This document shows positions 28,781-38,156 of a DNA stretch of 64,000 bases, piece after piece. Position numbers and translations under genes: made by a program. The stretch is from sequence record LR745206.1; one strand, given 5' to 3'. Numbering within the stretch: the first letter of the stretch is position 1; each line of letters starts with the position of its first letter. The notes below the pieces were generated by a model that worked only from the letters and a program-made list of their open reading frames with translations, was not told the DNA's origin and ran no database searches.

Positions 28781-29475
28781 TTACCTAATACAATTTTTGG
28801 ATATCTAAATGGTTTGCCGTTTAATGTATAGCCTTTACTAACAACATCTATAACTTTTGACTCACCAATCTCCATAACACTTATAACCTCATGTAATTCT
28901 TCATTGTAATTATCAGTGGGTATAGATTCTATACCTTGTGATTTTAGAAAATTACTAACCTTAGAAGCTATCAAAGAAAAACCCTCTCTTGCTTCTTCAC
29001 TAGTTATCGATTTTATAGCAAGAGATATATCACTATCCATATCTAATACAGATGATAACATTTTAACCTTGGTATTATTAACTAAACTTTCTTTATCTTT
29101 TGATGATCTTTTTTTATAGTTTTCGAACTCAGCAGCTAGGCTTAAGAATTTTTCATCATATAGTTCTGGTGAATTTGGTATAGGCTCGACACCAAATCCT
29201 AATTTATCTATTCTTTGTTTATTTCTAGTCTTGATTTCACTATCTATAAACTCCTTTTTAGATTTAAACTTATCTTTACGACCATCATCTGAGTTATTTA
29301 TATCATAATAAATACCCTCATCGTCTGATCTATAATCCCATATATTACTCAACTTCTCATTACCATTATCATCTACTGTTATTTCTAATGCGAGTCCTAA
29401 TGGGTGTAAAAATCTTCTGTTGAGTTCTTGTAGATAACCCTTTTCTCTAAACTCTTTTATATCAATGTATTCCAT
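28777..29475 (-). CDS. grpE: GrpE nucleotide exchange factor with unrelated N-terminal domain
   Basis: C-terminal FLKSQGIESI...ELHEVI...VIDVVSKGYTLNGKPFRYPKIVL is GrpE-like. N-terminal ~100 aa (YLQELNRRFLHPLGLALE) is not. Confidence 0.75.
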   Translation of the reverse strand: MEYIDIKEFREKGYLQELNRRFLHPLGLALEITVDDNGNEKLSNIWDYRSDDEGIYYDINNSDDGRKDKFKSKKEFIDSEIKTRNKQRIDKLGFGVEPIPNSPELYDEKFLSLAAEFENYKKRSSKDKESLVNNTKVKMLSSVLDMDSDISLAIKSITSEEAREGFSLIASKVSNFLKSQGIESIPTDNYNEELHEVISVMEIGESKVIDVVSKGYTLNGKPFRYPKIVLGK

Positions 29476-29478
29476 ATT

Positions 29479-29964
29479 TTAATAATTAAATTTAAGCATT
29501 TTTCTTATATTGTTTGAATTATATAATTCAAACGTAATGTTTTTATCCACTATCTTGTGAACTTCTAAATTTTCCAATTGTGATTTGAAATTATCTATAT
29601 AATCAACTAAATCTTTCAATGAGCTTGTCCATAATTTACTTGGTTCCCAATAATCTGGAAATTTATCAAGAAATTTATCAACAGTTGTATCAAATGATTT
29701 TTTATTGACAAGAAGTAAATCATCTTCTTTTTTAGTTTTGTTTGCTATAAACTCAGCTACATGTGTGTTGAATTTATGAATCAGATTGTCAGTTTCTATT
29801 ACTTTTAATAGACCAATTACTAAAGCATCTCTTTCTAAAATTTCAAATTCCTCGTTTTCTTCTAAGATTCTTTGTCCTTCCTTGTCTGATCCCAATATGT
29901 AATATACATATGAATCCCATACACATCTTCTGATTAAATCTTCTGGTGTTACTTTTATTTGCAT
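29479..29964 (-). CDS. hypothetical protein
   Basis: Likely start ATG 29964 (MQIKVTPEDL) within ORF 29479..30003. Confidence 0.6.
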   Translation of the reverse strand: MQIKVTPEDLIRRCVWDSYVYYILGSDKEGQRILEENEEFEILERDALVIGLLKVIETDNLIHKFNTHVAEFIANKTKKEDDLLLVNKKSFDTTVDKFLDKFPDYWEPSKLWTSSLKDLVDYIDNFKSQLENLEVHKIVDKNITFELYNSNNIRKMLKFNY

Positions 29965-30006
29965 GTAAACTTTTTTCTTTTTTATAGGCTGATATCTAAT
30001 CAAAGT

Positions 30007-30801
30007 TTAGTAATTAAACCAAAGAGATTCAACCTTATATTTACCTTCACGGTTATTGTTTTGTGTTTTTATTTTCATATCTACTCTCTTCCAACCATTA
30101 TTTTCCAGTATCGAATACCTATCACAGTTATATCCACTTAATAATATATTTGCTGATTTTATAGATAATATAGACTTTAAATATTCATCTTGTTGTTCAT
30201 CATCCATATCATATTTATATCTACCAGATGATCTTGTTTCATTAGCATATGGACTATCACAATACATAAATGTATTTTCTTTATCCCATTTATTAATTAA
30301 CCTAATAGCATCTGTATTATGAACAACGACACCACTTAATCTATTATGTACATTATATAATCCATCTATAGCTGATAAATAATCAGAAACAGATTTGGAC
30401 ATATTTCTACGGATAACCCCGGATGTTGAAAAGCCACCTAACCCATTATATGATGTTCGATTACAATAAAAAAACTTATAAGCCCTTTCTATTATAGATA
30501 ATTCTCCTTTTAACTCTTGTGTATATTCCTTTAATAATTGCTCGGAATATGGTGTTAGGTCACACATATCTTTAAATTGTGAAAACAAATCCTCATCAAT
30601 TAAAATTTTAAATAGAGAATAGATATTATTGTCTAAATCATTTATTATTTCAACAGAAGATCTTTCTTTATGAAATAGCATAGCAGCACTACCACAAAAT
30701 GGTTCTATATAATTCATTTTTTGGTAGTTTTCTGGGAAATATTCTAGTATTTTATTAGCAAAACCATTCTTACCACCAAAATATTTAATTGGACTTTTCA
30801 T
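30007..30801 (-). CDS. Dam/D12-class N6-adenine DNA methyltransferase
   Basis: YFGGK, EPFCGSAA, INDLD, YCDSPY, SGY. Target sequence unknown. Confidence 0.85.
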   Translation of the reverse strand: MKSPIKYFGGKNGFANKILEYFPENYQKMNYIEPFCGSAAMLFHKERSSVEIINDLDNNIYSLFKILIDEDLFSQFKDMCDLTPYSEQLLKEYTQELKGELSIIERAYKFFYCNRTSYNGLGGFSTSGVIRRNMSKSVSDYLSAIDGLYNVHNRLSGVVVHNTDAIRLINKWDKENTFMYCDSPYANETRSSGRYKYDMDDEQQDEYLKSILSIKSANILLSGYNCDRYSILENNGWKRVDMKIKTQNNNREGKYKVESLWFNY

Positions 30802-30854
30802 ATTTGATTTATATAAAAAAATAAAAAAGTTTTAATAATTCGAATATATATAAC

Positions 30855-30862
30855 TATATTTG
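30855..30862 (+). promoter_or_regulatory. Bacteroidota-type -7 element TATATTTG
   Basis: Immediately upstream of ATG 30867. No clear -33 element. Confidence 0.5.
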
Positions 30863-30866
30863 CAAA

Positions 30867-31136
30867 ATGAATATAGTTTTTCTAAATAAATGGAGAGTGA
30901 TATCTGAGAATATTTTATCAGATGAAGATCTTAATGTGTTTGTGTTAAAATATGAACTGAGAAAATTTGGAACTGCTGAGATTATACTACTATTTGAACA
31001 TTTCTATAAAATAGATATTAATGAATATACAATAAGTGATATAATCTTTGATGGATCAAATATTAGAGTAAACTTGAAGGACGAAGATATAATAAAAATA
31101 AGAGAACGAAAAATTAATACTATACTAAGTGAGTAA
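30867..31136 (+). CDS. hypothetical protein with C-terminal tag
   Basis: Ends IRERKINTILSE. Confidence 0.65.
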   Translation: MNIVFLNKWRVISENILSDEDLNVFVLKYELRKFGTAEIILLFEHFYKIDINEYTISDIIFDGSNIRVNLKDEDIIKIRERKINTILSE

Positions 31137-31773
31137 ATATAATCGAACATATCATTTACCCTGGTCACCTGGTACAACAAGTGATGATAAAATCTCTAAT
31201 GATATAAGTTCATTAATAGGTAATGAAATTGTTATTACTGAAAAATTAGATGGTGAAAATACCGGAATGACAAATGATGGTGTTTATGCTAGAAGTCATG
31301 CTACATTTACAACCTCTGATTGGAGTAGAGAAGTAAGACAACTACATAATATTAAAGTAAGAGGTAATTTATCTCAAAATGAATTTATATTTGGTGAAAA
31401 CATGGAAGGTATTCATTCAATCGAATACTCTAATCTAAAATCATACTTTTATATTTTTGGAGTAAGAGATAACAATATTTGGGTTCCTTGGAAATCAGTT
31501 GAGGAATATTCTTACTTATTGGATATACCAACTGTACCAGTTTTATTCAAAGGTATTATTAACTCCGAAAAGGAATTAAAAGAATTGGTTGAGAAATTAG
31601 TTTCTGAAACATCCGAATTGGGTGGTGAGAGAGAAGGTATTGTCGTTAGAAGTGCTGGTATGTTCCATAATGATGATTTCGCGGAGAATGTTTCTAAATG
31701 GGTGCGTGCTAATCACGTTCAGACAGATGAACATTGGACAAGAAATTGGAAAAAAGCTAAGTTAAATGGGTAA
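31129..31773 (+). CDS. ATP-dependent RNA ligase family protein (compact)
   Basis: EKLDGEN motif I, FGEN, FGVRD, REGIVVR, KWVR. Confidence 0.8.
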   Translation: MSKYNRTYHLPWSPGTTSDDKISNDISSLIGNEIVITEKLDGENTGMTNDGVYARSHATFTTSDWSREVRQLHNIKVRGNLSQNEFIFGENMEGIHSIEYSNLKSYFYIFGVRDNNIWVPWKSVEEYSYLLDIPTVPVLFKGIINSEKELKELVEKLVSETSELGGEREGIVVRSAGMFHNDDFAENVSKWVRANHVQTDEHWTRNWKKAKLNG

Positions 31774-32086
31774 GAAAGAAATAAGACAAAATTTTAGAGA
31801 TTCTGTCTTTAATAGAGATAAGATGTGTTTGATTTGTGAAAAACCAATATCTAATATAAATGATATGGATGCTCATCACATAACAGATAGGAGTGAAATG
31901 CCTAATGGTGGTTATGTAAAGGAAAATGGTGTAACTGTTTGTAAAAAGGATTGTCATTTTAAGGTTGAGTTGTTCCATATAACAGAGGGTGAAGAATGGA
32001 ATGAGGGGTTACACCCAGATGATTTATATAAAATGATAAACAGTTCTAAAGAGTTAGCAATAATAAAAAGTGAAAAAATAAAATAA
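31766..32086 (+). CDS. HNH endonuclease-like protein
   Basis: CLIC...DAHHI...NGVTVCKKDCH. Confidence 0.7.
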   Translation: MGKKEIRQNFRDSVFNRDKMCLICEKPISNINDMDAHHITDRSEMPNGGYVKENGVTVCKKDCHFKVELFHITEGEEWNEGLHPDDLYKMINSSKELAIIKSEKIK

Positions 32087-32496
32087 TGCACAGAGAAGAC
32101 AATTCAAAATATTTACTTTATATAGAGCCAAGTGCTTATGATAAGTTAAAAGAACCAGTAAATGATGAACTGGTTGAGTTAATGGAAATGGCTTTATCTA
32201 AGTCAAAAAGTGGAGCTGCTCAATATTCAAAAATTGAAGATACTGGTGATGGTTATGATTGGACACATAACGGACAAACAAGAAGAGTTCCATCTTTCCG
32301 TGAAAATAGTATGTATAAAGGAAGACATAGAACCGATTGTGGTGAATCATCAACCAATTGTGACTATTTATTAGAAAATGGTATGATTACAAATTCATTA
32401 GCACCTTTTTATTTAAAATGGTATAGATATTCAATACCTGAGACAGAAATGAATAAGATATTAAAATTACAAAAGTTTTATGGGGAGAAATTATAA
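32086..32496 (+). CDS. hypothetical protein
   Basis: YKGRHRTDCG...DYLL...TNSL motif block. Confidence 0.6.
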   Translation: MHREDNSKYLLYIEPSAYDKLKEPVNDELVELMEMALSKSKSGAAQYSKIEDTGDGYDWTHNGQTRRVPSFRENSMYKGRHRTDCGESSTNCDYLLENGMITNSLAPFYLKWYRYSIPETEMNKILKLQKFYGEKL

Positions 32497-32776
32497 ACTA
32501 GAAAGGTTAGAAAATGGTGAAAGTTTTCTAACAAGTGAAAAAGGAAATTCAATGGTTCCTTTAATAAAATCTAAACAAGAACATAGATTATCACCAATTA
32601 ATTGGGAGGATTGTAATGAAGGTGATATTGTTTATTGTAAAGTAAAAGGAAATTTTTATACACACTTGGTTAAAGCCAAAAATCTAGACAAAGGATTACT
32701 TATAGGAAATAACAAAGGTGGTATAAATGGTTGGACAAAACAGGTTTTTGGTAAAGTGATAGAAATAATAAAATAA
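32480..32776 (+). CDS. S24/S26 peptidase-like small protein
   Basis: KGNSMVPLI...GDIVYCK...H. Confidence 0.4.
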   Translation: MGRNYKLERLENGESFLTSEKGNSMVPLIKSKQEHRLSPINWEDCNEGDIVYCKVKGNFYTHLVKAKNLDKGLLIGNNKGGINGWTKQVFGKVIEIIK

Positions 32777-32777
32777 A

Positions 32778-32966
32778 ATGGAATTAGAAGAAAAAATTGA
32801 ATTAAATAAGCTTATAAGAAAATATGATGGTGATAACTCATTCTTACTTTCTTTGCAGAAAAGTCTAAAAACATCTAAGTATTTAGAAAAGGTTGTGGTT
32901 GGTAATAAAACACTTAAAATATTAAGTGAAAAGCAATATTTAGCGGCTAAGAGTTCTCTAGATTAA
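32778..32966 (+). CDS. hypothetical protein
   Basis: 62 aa ORF in operon. Confidence 0.55.
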   Translation: MELEEKIELNKLIRKYDGDNSFLLSLQKSLKTSKYLEKVVVGNKTLKILSEKQYLAAKSSLD

Positions 32967-34290
32967 ATCTAGATGATAATCTAAATATTTTTCTCTCCCA
33001 GGTTTTAGCCTTTGAATGAAATCTATTTTCAAATACACCAAGGAAGGATTTAGGATTATTTAATGTATGTTTACTTAGTTTACTCATACCACCATCTTTA
33101 TATAGTTCATTAGTCTGATCTATATTTTTATCCCACATTTTTACTAACTCCTTTATTATAAGATGTTTAATATCAGAATTTTCCAACTCTTCCTTGGAAT
33201 AGATACCCAGTTCTAAAAAAGCATCCTTAATATCATCATCAGATGATTTATAACTAAAATTATTATAGAACTCTTCAGCATTGAAATTCTTCAAACTAAC
33301 CATTTCATCCCAAACACTATTCTGTTTAACATATTCAAAAAATTCTTGTTTGGTTTTTGGTTCTAATTCCACAAGAGAATAAAATAATTGTGATATTCTT
33401 GCATTTATTTCAAAATCTAATGATAGATAAATTAATCTTAGGAATTCTTTCCAATCATCAGAAATATTAGCTAGTACCTCTTGTTCAGCTATAAATTTAT
33501 TTGTATTTAATAATCTATCTTTCCATATACCTGATTTACTTAACTCTCTTTGATAATATTCATACATGTGTGTTAACTCATGTGATAGAAGTCCAATAAT
33601 TTTCCTACTTATACCCATTTTATCAAATAGTTTATTTATATCTTTCTTCTCCAAACTCAATATACTCTCTGGTATAAAGATATCAAAATCAAGACCAACA
33701 TTCGTATAAATACCATCCTCAACTTTAGAGTCACTATCTATAAATGCAGCATTCCAAGGATCAAACGTGAACATATTATCTGGTATTGTTGATATTTCTA
33801 AATTTATTTGTAAATTTTTAATTTTCATTTTATTATCCTTAGGTATGTGGTTTTTAATATACTTATCAAACTCACCATCTTTTACCTCTATTATCATAGA
33901 CTTTGTTTTAAAATTAACTCCACCTATTTCAGCTTGTGTATCATAAATATCAGAATTAGAAACATTTTCTTTGAAAAGATATATTTGACTAATAACAAAT
34001 GAGTATAGTAGGTCTATCCAAGGATCTATTTCATCTGGAACGCCTAATTTTTCATTCAAGACTATTGCCTTATGTTGCTTTGATGCTTTTGTATATGATA
34101 AATTAATTGCTCCTGGTAAAGGTTTTCCTATCTCACCTTCTTTATGTCCATGTACAATCTTAAACTTTTTACCTGGATGGTCTTCATGATACTTCTTTGC
34201 AGTCATTCCATTTTTCTGCATATCTTTCCATTTATCAAACCCAATACCCATTGGTACAACAAACTCATATATAGATTTTAGATATTTCAT
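32947..34290 (-). CDS. putative zinc metallopeptidase (HExxH) with CTS-like N-terminus
   Basis: MKYLKSIYEF, internal VLNEK, SHELTHMYE, downstream EINA. Confidence 0.6.
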   Translation of the reverse strand: MKYLKSIYEFVVPMGIGFDKWKDMQKNGMTAKKYHEDHPGKKFKIVHGHKEGEIGKPLPGAINLSYTKASKQHKAIVLNEKLGVPDEIDPWIDLLYSFVISQIYLFKENVSNSDIYDTQAEIGGVNFKTKSMIIEVKDGEFDKYIKNHIPKDNKMKIKNLQINLEISTIPDNMFTFDPWNAAFIDSDSKVEDGIYTNVGLDFDIFIPESILSLEKKDINKLFDKMGISRKIIGLLSHELTHMYEYYQRELSKSGIWKDRLLNTNKFIAEQEVLANISDDWKEFLRLIYLSLDFEINARISQLFYSLVELEPKTKQEFFEYVKQNSVWDEMVSLKNFNAEEFYNNFSYKSSDDDIKDAFLELGIYSKEELENSDIKHLIIKELVKMWDKNIDQTNELYKDGGMSKLSKHTLNNPKSFLGVFENRFHSKAKTWERKIFRLSSRFNLENS

Positions 34291-34877
34291 ATCTCATCAA
34301 ATCTTTTAATTTTAAATAAAGAACTAATATTATCCAATTTAGCATTTATCTCTGTTATTATCTGTTTATGAACTCTATTCATTGGTCTGTTTTTCTCAAG
34401 ATCAGATATTATATTAACAGTTTCTCTGAAATATTTATTCCTAAACCTCTCAGGTGCGGTAAAAGCATCCGATATATTTTGAAGTCTATCAGCTAATTTT
34501 ATAATAAGAGCATCTTCTGACATAAGATTCATTTTATCAATTAGATAATTTGTTTTACTTCCATCATAATCATGATCTATTTCATCACCAATAGATGTAA
34601 CTTCAATTACTAAATCAGCTACTCTTTTACCAAATCTAGATTTTATTTCTTCATATCCAACATCTTGGTCTTCATAACAATCCTCCAATACATCATGTAA
34701 TAAAGAAGCACATAATATATCTTCATCTTGATTATATCTTTTAACAATCCCATTAACCTTTTGAACATGAGCATCAAAATAAGGTTGATTTATAAATTTC
34801 CTAATCTGTTTTATATGTGCTTCTTTAGCAAAATTCCAGGCTAACTTTTCTTTATATGTTATTGGTCTGTTCGCCAT
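34287..34877 (-). CDS. HD-domain (p)ppGpp hydrolase-like protein (Mesh1/SAH family)
   Basis: PYFDAH, ASLLHDVLED, VADLVIEVT, IKLADRLQNI. Confidence 0.8.
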   Translation of the reverse strand: MANRPITYKEKLAWNFAKEAHIKQIRKFINQPYFDAHVQKVNGIVKRYNQDEDILCASLLHDVLEDCYEDQDVGYEEIKSRFGKRVADLVIEVTSIGDEIDHDYDGSKTNYLIDKMNLMSEDALIIKLADRLQNISDAFTAPERFRNKYFRETVNIISDLEKNRPMNRVHKQIITEINAKLDNISSLFKIKRFDEI

Positions 34878-34893
34878 AAATTCTATTGGTTTC

Positions 34894-34924
34894 TTGTATA
34901 TATTAAATATAATTAGTATATTTG
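34894..34924 (+). promoter_or_regulatory. Bacteroidota-type promoter TTG-N20-TATATTTG
   Basis: TTG 34894..34896, TAnnTTTG 34917..34924. Confidence 0.65.
34897..34905 (-). promoter_or_regulatory. putative late promoter TAATATATA
   Basis: Exact motif upstream of the HD gene. Confidence 0.55.
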
Positions 34925-34952
34925 TTTATTGATTAACCACTAAAAATAAAAT

Positions 34953-35366
34953 ATGATAACAGACGCGAAAATACAAAAAGTACAAAATAGAATTAAAGCA
35001 GCAATTGTTGAAATATCAAAAGAAGAAAATGTTAGTATAAACTTTTCATCTTGTAGATATAATAGTGCATACTACACCACAACCATGAAAGTATCCACAC
35101 TTGACAAAAATGAAAAAGTTAAGGGTATTTATGAATCAATTTGTAAAAGATTGGGGTTTACACAGGATGTTATCGGTATGAAATTTCAAAGTGATAGAAA
35201 TGGTATTTGTGAAATAATTGAGATTAAAACTAGAAATAGGAAATATCCAGTTATCGCAAAAACCGTTAGTGGTAAGCAATATAAATATTCAGTAAGTCAA
35301 ATAAAGAGATTAATTGGTGGTGATAAAATTATAAATAGAAATGCTAACATAGATAAGTTAATCTAA
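34953..35366 (+). CDS. hypothetical protein with C-terminal tag variant
   Basis: Ends INRNANIDKLI. Confidence 0.65.
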   Translation: MITDAKIQKVQNRIKAAIVEISKEENVSINFSSCRYNSAYYTTTMKVSTLDKNEKVKGIYESICKRLGFTQDVIGMKFQSDRNGICEIIEIKTRNRKYPVIAKTVSGKQYKYSVSQIKRLIGGDKIINRNANIDKLI

Positions 35367-35683
35367 TGACTAGAAAGGATATAGAATTACTAGTATCAAA
35401 TATAGGTTTAAATAATCCCGATACTCTAACAGAAGATATTTTACATATTTCTAATATGCTAGAAGGTATACAAGAATATATAATGACAAGAAAACCAACA
35501 TCAAAGTTTATGGAATTATGTGGTGATGAAAATTGGGAATATGCGTCTAGTATTGGTGATAGACTCAATAAGGAAGTTTTGGAAAAGACTCAAACATTTC
35601 AAGATTTTGTTAAAAAAATTAAAACTTCCCCTGAATATATTTGTAAAATCAGAAGTGAAAAATTAAATGTTATAGGAATATGA
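35366..35683 (+). CDS. hypothetical protein with C-terminal tag
   Basis: Ends IRSEKLNVIGI. Confidence 0.65.
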   Translation: MTRKDIELLVSNIGLNNPDTLTEDILHISNMLEGIQEYIMTRKPTSKFMELCGDENWEYASSIGDRLNKEVLEKTQTFQDFVKKIKTSPEYICKIRSEKLNVIGI

Positions 35684-36243
35684 ATTTAGTCATAATGGGA
35701 CCACCTGGAGCAGGGAAGGGAACTATTTGTAAAAGAATACTAAGTGAGTTTAAATATAAACTTATTTGTGCTGGTGATCTTCTAAGATCAGAAAAATCAT
35801 CTGGGAGTGAACTAGGTAAAAAAATAGCTTCTATTATTGATGATGGGAATCTAGTTTCTGATGAAATGATTACAAAAATTATCTTTAATGAGTTTAGAAA
35901 ACCTGTTTTACATGGAACATTCTATCTAATCGATGGATATCCAAGGACTATTAAACAAGCTAATAGTCTAGATAGAATGACAAATATAACTACCGTTATA
36001 TGGTTAGACGTTAGTGAAGAAACAACAATCAAGAGAAATTTAGAGAGGGGTAAAACATCCGGTAGACCAGATGATGCTAATGTAGAAATTATCAAACAAA
36101 GAATAAAAAACTATAATGAAGTGTCTTATCCATTGAAGAAATTTTATGGTAAAAGAATATTAGAGGTTAATGGAGAAGGTACTCCTGATGAAGTTTATAG
36201 TGATATAATTGATAAAATTATTAATCGAAATGGTAGAGTATAA
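35680..36243 (+). CDS. adk: adenylate kinase (short-LID type)
   Basis: GPPGAGKGT, GDLLR, GNLVSDE, IDGYPRT, GRPDD. Confidence 0.9.
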   Translation: MNLVIMGPPGAGKGTICKRILSEFKYKLICAGDLLRSEKSSGSELGKKIASIIDDGNLVSDEMITKIIFNEFRKPVLHGTFYLIDGYPRTIKQANSLDRMTNITTVIWLDVSEETTIKRNLERGKTSGRPDDANVEIIKQRIKNYNEVSYPLKKFYGKRILEVNGEGTPDEVYSDIIDKIINRNGRV

Positions 36244-36442
36244 GGTTGGTGATATTGTTAGATGGTGTTGGACAGAAATTCACCAGAGCACTTATATAAT
36301 CTTAGATATTAATCAAACAAGTGTTTTATTAAAGCAAAATTTTGGAATGGGTCAAACACTAACTGGTAGGGTTCCAATATCCGAATTGAATATTTCGAAA
36401 GATAAATTTCGAGATTATTATCTACGAAAAATAGGATTATAG
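36230..36442 (+). CDS. small SH3/KOW-like protein with C-terminal tag variant
   Basis: Start ATG 36230, YKVGDIVRW, ends FRDYYLRKIGL. Confidence 0.55.
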   Translation: MVEYKVGDIVRWCWTEIHQSTYIILDINQTSVLLKQNFGMGQTLTGRVPISELNISKDKFRDYYLRKIGL

Positions 36443-36445
36443 AAG

Positions 36446-36470
36446 AAACCAGATTAATTATCTGGTTTTT
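36446..36470 (+). terminator. intrinsic terminator
   Basis: AAACCAGAT-loop-ATCTGGTTTTT. Confidence 0.75.
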
Positions 36471-36479
36471 TAATATATA
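36471..36479 (+). promoter_or_regulatory. putative late promoter TAATATATA
   Basis: Exact motif 5 nt before the Rnl1 ATG. Confidence 0.55.
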
Positions 36480-36484
36480 AAAAA

Positions 36485-37747
36485 ATGAAATTATTTAAAT
36501 ACATAGAATTTATAAATGAAAACTCAAAGAATGAGTATTCAATTCCTTCTTATGAAGAAGCTGTGGAGTTATGCTCAAAAGATGATGCTCCTTTTTATGA
36601 ATCAAAAATGATTGTTGATGGATATAATGTATCTGTCTTTAATTATAGACTTGCTCAATATAAAGATTTTGCTAATCCATTAGAACACAAACCAGAATTA
36701 AAAGGTTATGAAATGAGGGGGTTAACATTTGTATTCAATGAGGATGGTTCATTATTCAATAGATATGTTTTACTTGAGAAATTCTTTAACATAAACCAAG
36801 TTCCAGAATCAATGTATTCTATTGTTAAAAACTACAAAATAAAGTATGTTAATAATAAGGAAGATGGTTCTATTGCTTCATTTATTAAATTACCAAATGG
36901 TAAAATTGTTGGAAAGTCTAAAATGGGATTTGATAATGATCAATCAAATGGTATTAATAGAATTTATAATATAAATAAAGATGTTAAGAACTTAGTTAAT
37001 TGGTGTTTAGATAATGATATAGTTTCTATATTCGAATATGTTGCTCCTCACAATAGAATTGTTTTGAGATATACTACCGAAGACTTAATACTTTTAAGAT
37101 TAAGAAATAATAAAACTGGTAAACATATTGATATACAAGACCACTTAGATAAGATTGGTTCTATAAAGATTGCTCCTTTTGAGGATGATCACCAAGGGGA
37201 TTTAGATAAGTTGATTGAGTTGGTTGCTAAACAAATTGATAAAGAGGGTTGTATTGTACAAGCTGAGGATGCTAAAGGAAGAGATTTTTTCTTTAAGTTA
37301 AAAACTCCTTGGTACTGTGAACGACACGGTCTACTCACAGATGATATTTACAGAGAGCATATCATTATAGGATATATCCTAGATGATAAGATTGATGATA
37401 TTCTTGGTCAAATACCAGAAGAAGAGTTTGAAGCGCATGAAAGAATAAATAAGATTATACAAATAGTTAAAAAAGCTATATCTGACAAAATGACAGACAT
37501 AGAGAAATCTTATGAAGTTTTTGTCAGTATGGGTGAAAATAGAAAGGAATATGCTTTAAAATATATGGGTGTTGAACCAAACTTTGGTTATGTGATGAAT
37601 TTGGCTAATGGTAAAGATGTATATGATTTAGCTAAGGATTATATAAGAGATCATACTAAGAGGTTAATGATAGCTAGAGATTGGTTACAAGAAATTGATC
37701 CAACACTGTTTTTCCAAGACCCAGAGGAAGATGAAGAAGATAATTAA
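36485..37747 (+). CDS. rnlA: RNA ligase 1 (T4 Rnl1 family) with CTS-like N-terminus
   Basis: MKLFKYIEFINEN, YEMRGLTF, LEKFFN, NKEDGS motif I, FEYVAPHNRIVLRY, EGCIV, KLKT. Confidence 0.85.
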   Translation: MKLFKYIEFINENSKNEYSIPSYEEAVELCSKDDAPFYESKMIVDGYNVSVFNYRLAQYKDFANPLEHKPELKGYEMRGLTFVFNEDGSLFNRYVLLEKFFNINQVPESMYSIVKNYKIKYVNNKEDGSIASFIKLPNGKIVGKSKMGFDNDQSNGINRIYNINKDVKNLVNWCLDNDIVSIFEYVAPHNRIVLRYTTEDLILLRLRNNKTGKHIDIQDHLDKIGSIKIAPFEDDHQGDLDKLIELVAKQIDKEGCIVQAEDAKGRDFFFKLKTPWYCERHGLLTDDIYREHIIIGYILDDKIDDILGQIPEEEFEAHERINKIIQIVKKAISDKMTDIEKSYEVFVSMGENRKEYALKYMGVEPNFGYVMNLANGKDVYDLAKDYIRDHTKRLMIARDWLQEIDPTLFFQDPEEDEEDN

Positions 37748-37770
37748 GAGAGTTTTTAACTCTCTTTTTT
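37746..37770 (+). terminator. intrinsic terminator
   Basis: AAGAGAGTT-TTT-AACTCTCTTTTTT. Confidence 0.75.
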
Positions 37771-37783
37771 TATATATACTATA

Positions 37784-38146
37784 ATGAAATATTTAGATAC
37801 ATATAGACTATTCGAAGGTCAAGAATTGGATAGTAACATTGAGAATATTGAAGAGATATGTGATGTTTGTATTGATATTATGCAAGAATTGGAAGATTCT
37901 GGATTTAGAATAGGTACATCAGTATCAAGACAGGATGATAGTTTGAAGTTAAGACTTACTTGTAACATAGCAAAACCAACTGCATTTAGATGGGGTAAAC
38001 ATTATGTTATAGATGTTTATGATAGATTAAATGATTACCTATCAACAGAGGGTTTTATAGAGTTTGATAGAAGCCTTGGTAGTGTGGCTAATTTCCCAGT
38101 TGTTGATGGTATGTATCAAGCTTCTATTATATTTGATGAAAAATGA
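37784..38146 (+). CDS. hypothetical protein, CTS-like N-terminus
   Basis: MKYLDTYRLFEG, ELEDSGF paralog family. Confidence 0.7.
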   Translation: MKYLDTYRLFEGQELDSNIENIEEICDVCIDIMQELEDSGFRIGTSVSRQDDSLKLRLTCNIAKPTAFRWGKHYVIDVYDRLNDYLSTEGFIEFDRSLGSVANFPVVDGMYQASIIFDEK

Positions 38147-38156
38147 TTTAATAAAA

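Noticed and set aside
31766-32086. Mobile homing endonuclease, intron or intein
   Set aside because: Short stand-alone HNH in an operon. No interrupted host gene or splicing elements visible.
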